Position numbers and translations under genes: made by a program. The notes under the pieces were generated by a model. The model had not been told where the DNA came from. It saw nothing but the letters and a program-made list of their open reading frames with translations, and did not search any database. Shown here one piece after another: positions 61,115 to 64,000 of a stretch of 64,000 nucleotides of DNA. The stretch's first letter is position 1; every line of letters starts with the position of its first letter. Source of the stretch: Anthoceros angustus (lineage: Eukaryota; Plantae; Anthocerotophyta); the NCBI GenBank assembly GCA_010909165.1, contig VJWM01000025.1:62001-126000 (forward strand), in the 5' to 3' direction.

Positions 61115-64000
61115 CTTAGTCTCATCCACCTTGTCATCATAAAGTACACCATCAATGACATGAATCTCCTCTTGGATCGCGATTAGGAGATTTTATTATA
61201 AAAAAAGATCGTCATGACTTCTTGTGGACAAGGAGAGAATTGTGGACTCCCCCTTAGGAAGGTAATAGGCATATTTTTTTTTGTTTTCTTTAGTGTGTAA
61301 GAAGTGAAAAGGGAAATAGTTGAATAGGGGAATGGCGATGTAAGAGGATGATCACTGGCCTGACACGCTGGACGCCTAGGGGCCCACTAAACTCCGTGCA
61401 CATGGCATGGGAGGTAACTACGAAAAAGGGATGAGCGTAATAGTAAGAGGGCCAGCGTACGGTGAGAGAGGACGGCATGTAGAGGACCTGGACGCAGAGT
61501 TGCCAGGCACGTAATTCAAAGGCATTGCGCCAAAGGCGGCGTGTTAGAGTACACAATGCAGACTCAGGACCCAAAGAGTCCCACGCATGCACTCTCGACG
61601 CCTACCGAGAGAAGACTTCTCTTGACCATCTTCAACAATTTCAGTAGCCTCATGTCGCATTTTGGCTCTCTGGTGACATAGTGCCGAGCGGTCTGCACGG
61701 CCCATCATGAACTTGGGAGTATCCTTGCTCCTACTTGTGGATCAAATGTAACACAAGCATGGGACCAAGAAGGCAGATCCGAGTGCTGCAAACCATTTTA
61801 GAGACATGGATGTTTGGTGACTAGAGATGGGATGTCTCAGAAGACATCCAGAGAAGCCCAATGTCAAGACATTGACTGAGGGTTAGGACCTACATCTTCT
61901 TACTTAGCCATTTTCCTGAGAGATAGAGGTAGTTGCTTAAAGGGTCATTTGCCGAAAACATTCATGCGCCCATGCCTCATGCTTTCACCCCATCCCAACA
62001 AGACTGTGTGGTGTAGCCGGAAGGCATGCACAACATGTTAGCAGGTGGGACGCGAACTCCACCGAGTGTAGACTGGATAGAGTTGAAAGCAAGCACTCAC
62101 AAGAGTCGTGAGCTGTGAGATCCAGGCCTAAAGCGGCTGCACTGCAAGGCCCGTGGAGTGCTGTGGTATGGGTGTGAATCCATGATGCGCTCCGCCCATA
62201 AAGGCCTCCCAACCGTATTGGTATTGGAGAAGCTTTGAATTGGCTATGTAAGTGGAAAGCTCACCAAGGTAGCAAAGTTTGCCGGGGTGTCCCTGGACAT
62301 TGGTAGTACCAGGGCTTGCTGCCTGTGACCGGGCTGGGTGTGGATTCTGAACTGCACCTGGAGGGGGAGAGAGGGAAACACAGAGGAGAAGTCCAGGCGC
62401 ACGGACTAGCGGGGAGCAAATGAGGCAAGGAAGCGGGGGTGGGTCCACGATGGACTTTGGGGAAATGCACGTCAGACAGAGGTGAACCCCGAGGTCGGAG
62501 GGAGGGAGGCAACTCAGGTCCGGACAAAGAGGTGATTGCCCCAGGTCCGAATCTCATGTACAAGAGTTCTAACCGGAAGTGTTGAGAGTCCCCAACCAGC
62601 CAGGAAAAAGGATGGACAGACCATGCGGGACCTCCAGTAGCAAGGGCAGGAGGAGGACTTAATGGTCATGTAGCTTGTCTTATAGCAAGTGGCTCTTCAA
62701 CATTTTCCTCTCCAAACTTGAGACATGGACACGGAAGACTCATCCACCACATTCAGGTTTTTCCTCTCCAAACTTGAGACATGGACACAAGACATCCACC
62801 ACATTAACATCCTTCCAAACTTGAGACATGGACACGCGCTCATCCAAATAACATTTTCCTTACTTGAGGCATGGACAAAGACTCATCCACTCACAAACAG
62901 GTCCTTTCCAGATTAGTCTCATCCACTTTGTCATCTAAAGTACACCATCAATGACATGTTGGATCAGGATTAGAGATTTTATTTAAAAAAGATCGTCATG
63001 ACTTCTTGTCAAGGAGAAATTGTGACTCCCTTGAAGGTAATGGATAGTTTTCTTTTGTTAAGAGAAAAGAAATAATTGAATAGAATCATGGACAGAGGAT
63101 GAGGTTCATGGGACAGTAGCCTGAGTGGCAGCTAAACTCAGATGAAGTCATGGGAAAAGGTAACTTGCAGATGGGCGTGCAAGAGGGCCATGCACAGAGG
63201 AGGTTGCATGTAGAGGACCGGTCAGCAGATTGCATGTCTTTGATCCAGCTCGGACATCGAGAAGGCCGGCATTGAGTACACAATCAACTTGACCATGAAA
63301 AGGTGTTATCGCATGTTTGGTTAGAGAAGACCATTCTCTGACCATCTTCTCAACTACCTCAGATGACATGTGGGGTTTCTTAGTCATGGAGGGTTTGCAG
63401 GCCATCATTTCCAAGGAGTATTTGTCACCATACTGCATCAGCACAAGCATGGGACCGAAGGCCAGCTGGGACCCTGCACAATAAATTTTGGAATGATGTG
63501 GTGACAGAGATGGTCTTAGATTCTGTACATATGACTTGGAATGTCAAGATAGGGAAAGCAACTTGAGGTGTTGACCTACATTTCACCAGCCATCGTTGAG
63601 ATGCAGGAGTTGCTTAAAATATGTATTTCATTCTGGCGGGATGCTTGGGGTGCATTCCAATAAGACTGGTGTTTAAGCTGCACAACATGCACTGTGTGCT
63701 CAGGAGCAACTCCACAGTGTCAGTGGATAGAGTTGACAAGGCAAGCCTCACAAGTTCAGTGCAGATCATGTGTTGCGAAAAGTGCACCTGTATTCATATG
63801 TGAATTCATGGTGTCCTCTGTGGGCTTCAATGAGTATTGGTGCTAGAAGCCTCCTGCAAGTATGCTGAGTGAGCTCACAAGGTGGCATTTCCTGTCCCAG
63901 AATTGAACCAACTTGTCTACCCTCCTGTTGAGATTCAAGTCATCAAAGAGAGCTGCACAGAAAAGTCCTGACCCACACGGCAGCGCAGAGCAAATGAGGC
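61115..64000. repeat. ~1.8-kb unit present twice (61115-62700 and a diverged copy from 62914 to window end); unidentified, probably TE-derived
   Basis: Shared anchors ttagtctcatccac..aaagtacaccatcaatgacatg..aaaaaagatcgtcatgacttcttg, cacaagcatgggacc, and gcaaatgaggc. Confidence 0.7.
62700..62912. repeat. Second, degraded block of the same minisatellite
   Basis: ttttcctctccaaacttgagacatggacac occurs ~4 times. Confidence 0.85.

Noticed and set aside
61290-63800. LINE or DIRS reverse transcriptase remnants
   Set aside because: Only vague similarities were seen, with no diagnostic RT, RNase H or recombinase motif in either copy.

Overview
Repeat-dense plant nuclear DNA. It is most likely from a hornwort, inferred from the DYW:KP domains with HAE and a C-terminal GRP. 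Many 1-2 nt deletions look like uncorrected long-read errors, so intact versus pseudogene status cannot be settled here. 1-19.2 kb is a three-level transposon nest. A CACTA element (1014-7591, 14-bp TIR, AGC TSD) sits in the RT of a Ty1/copia element. The copia element is inserted in the 3' LTR of a minus-strand Ty3/gypsy-like element carrying gag, protease, a C5-cytosine DNA methyltransferase fragment, integrase, a PHD finger and an extra unknown ORF. A second, diverged DNMT-bearing fragment follows at 19.2-21.1 kb. 22.6-60.7 kb is a cluster of seven near-complete intronless PLS-PPR-E1-E2-DYW:KP(GRP) genes (U-to-C RNA-editing class) plus partial copies and relics, interrupted by a scrambled AT-rich repeat. 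Two observations stand out. First, an OSB-type PDF (ssDNA-binding) motif is fused in frame to the N-terminus of these editing factors, whose near-identical PPR repeats differ recurrently at base-specifying residues. Second, an apparent land-plant retrotransposon carries both a DNA methyltransferase and a PHD finger. The window ends in a minisatellite and an unidentified duplicated segment.
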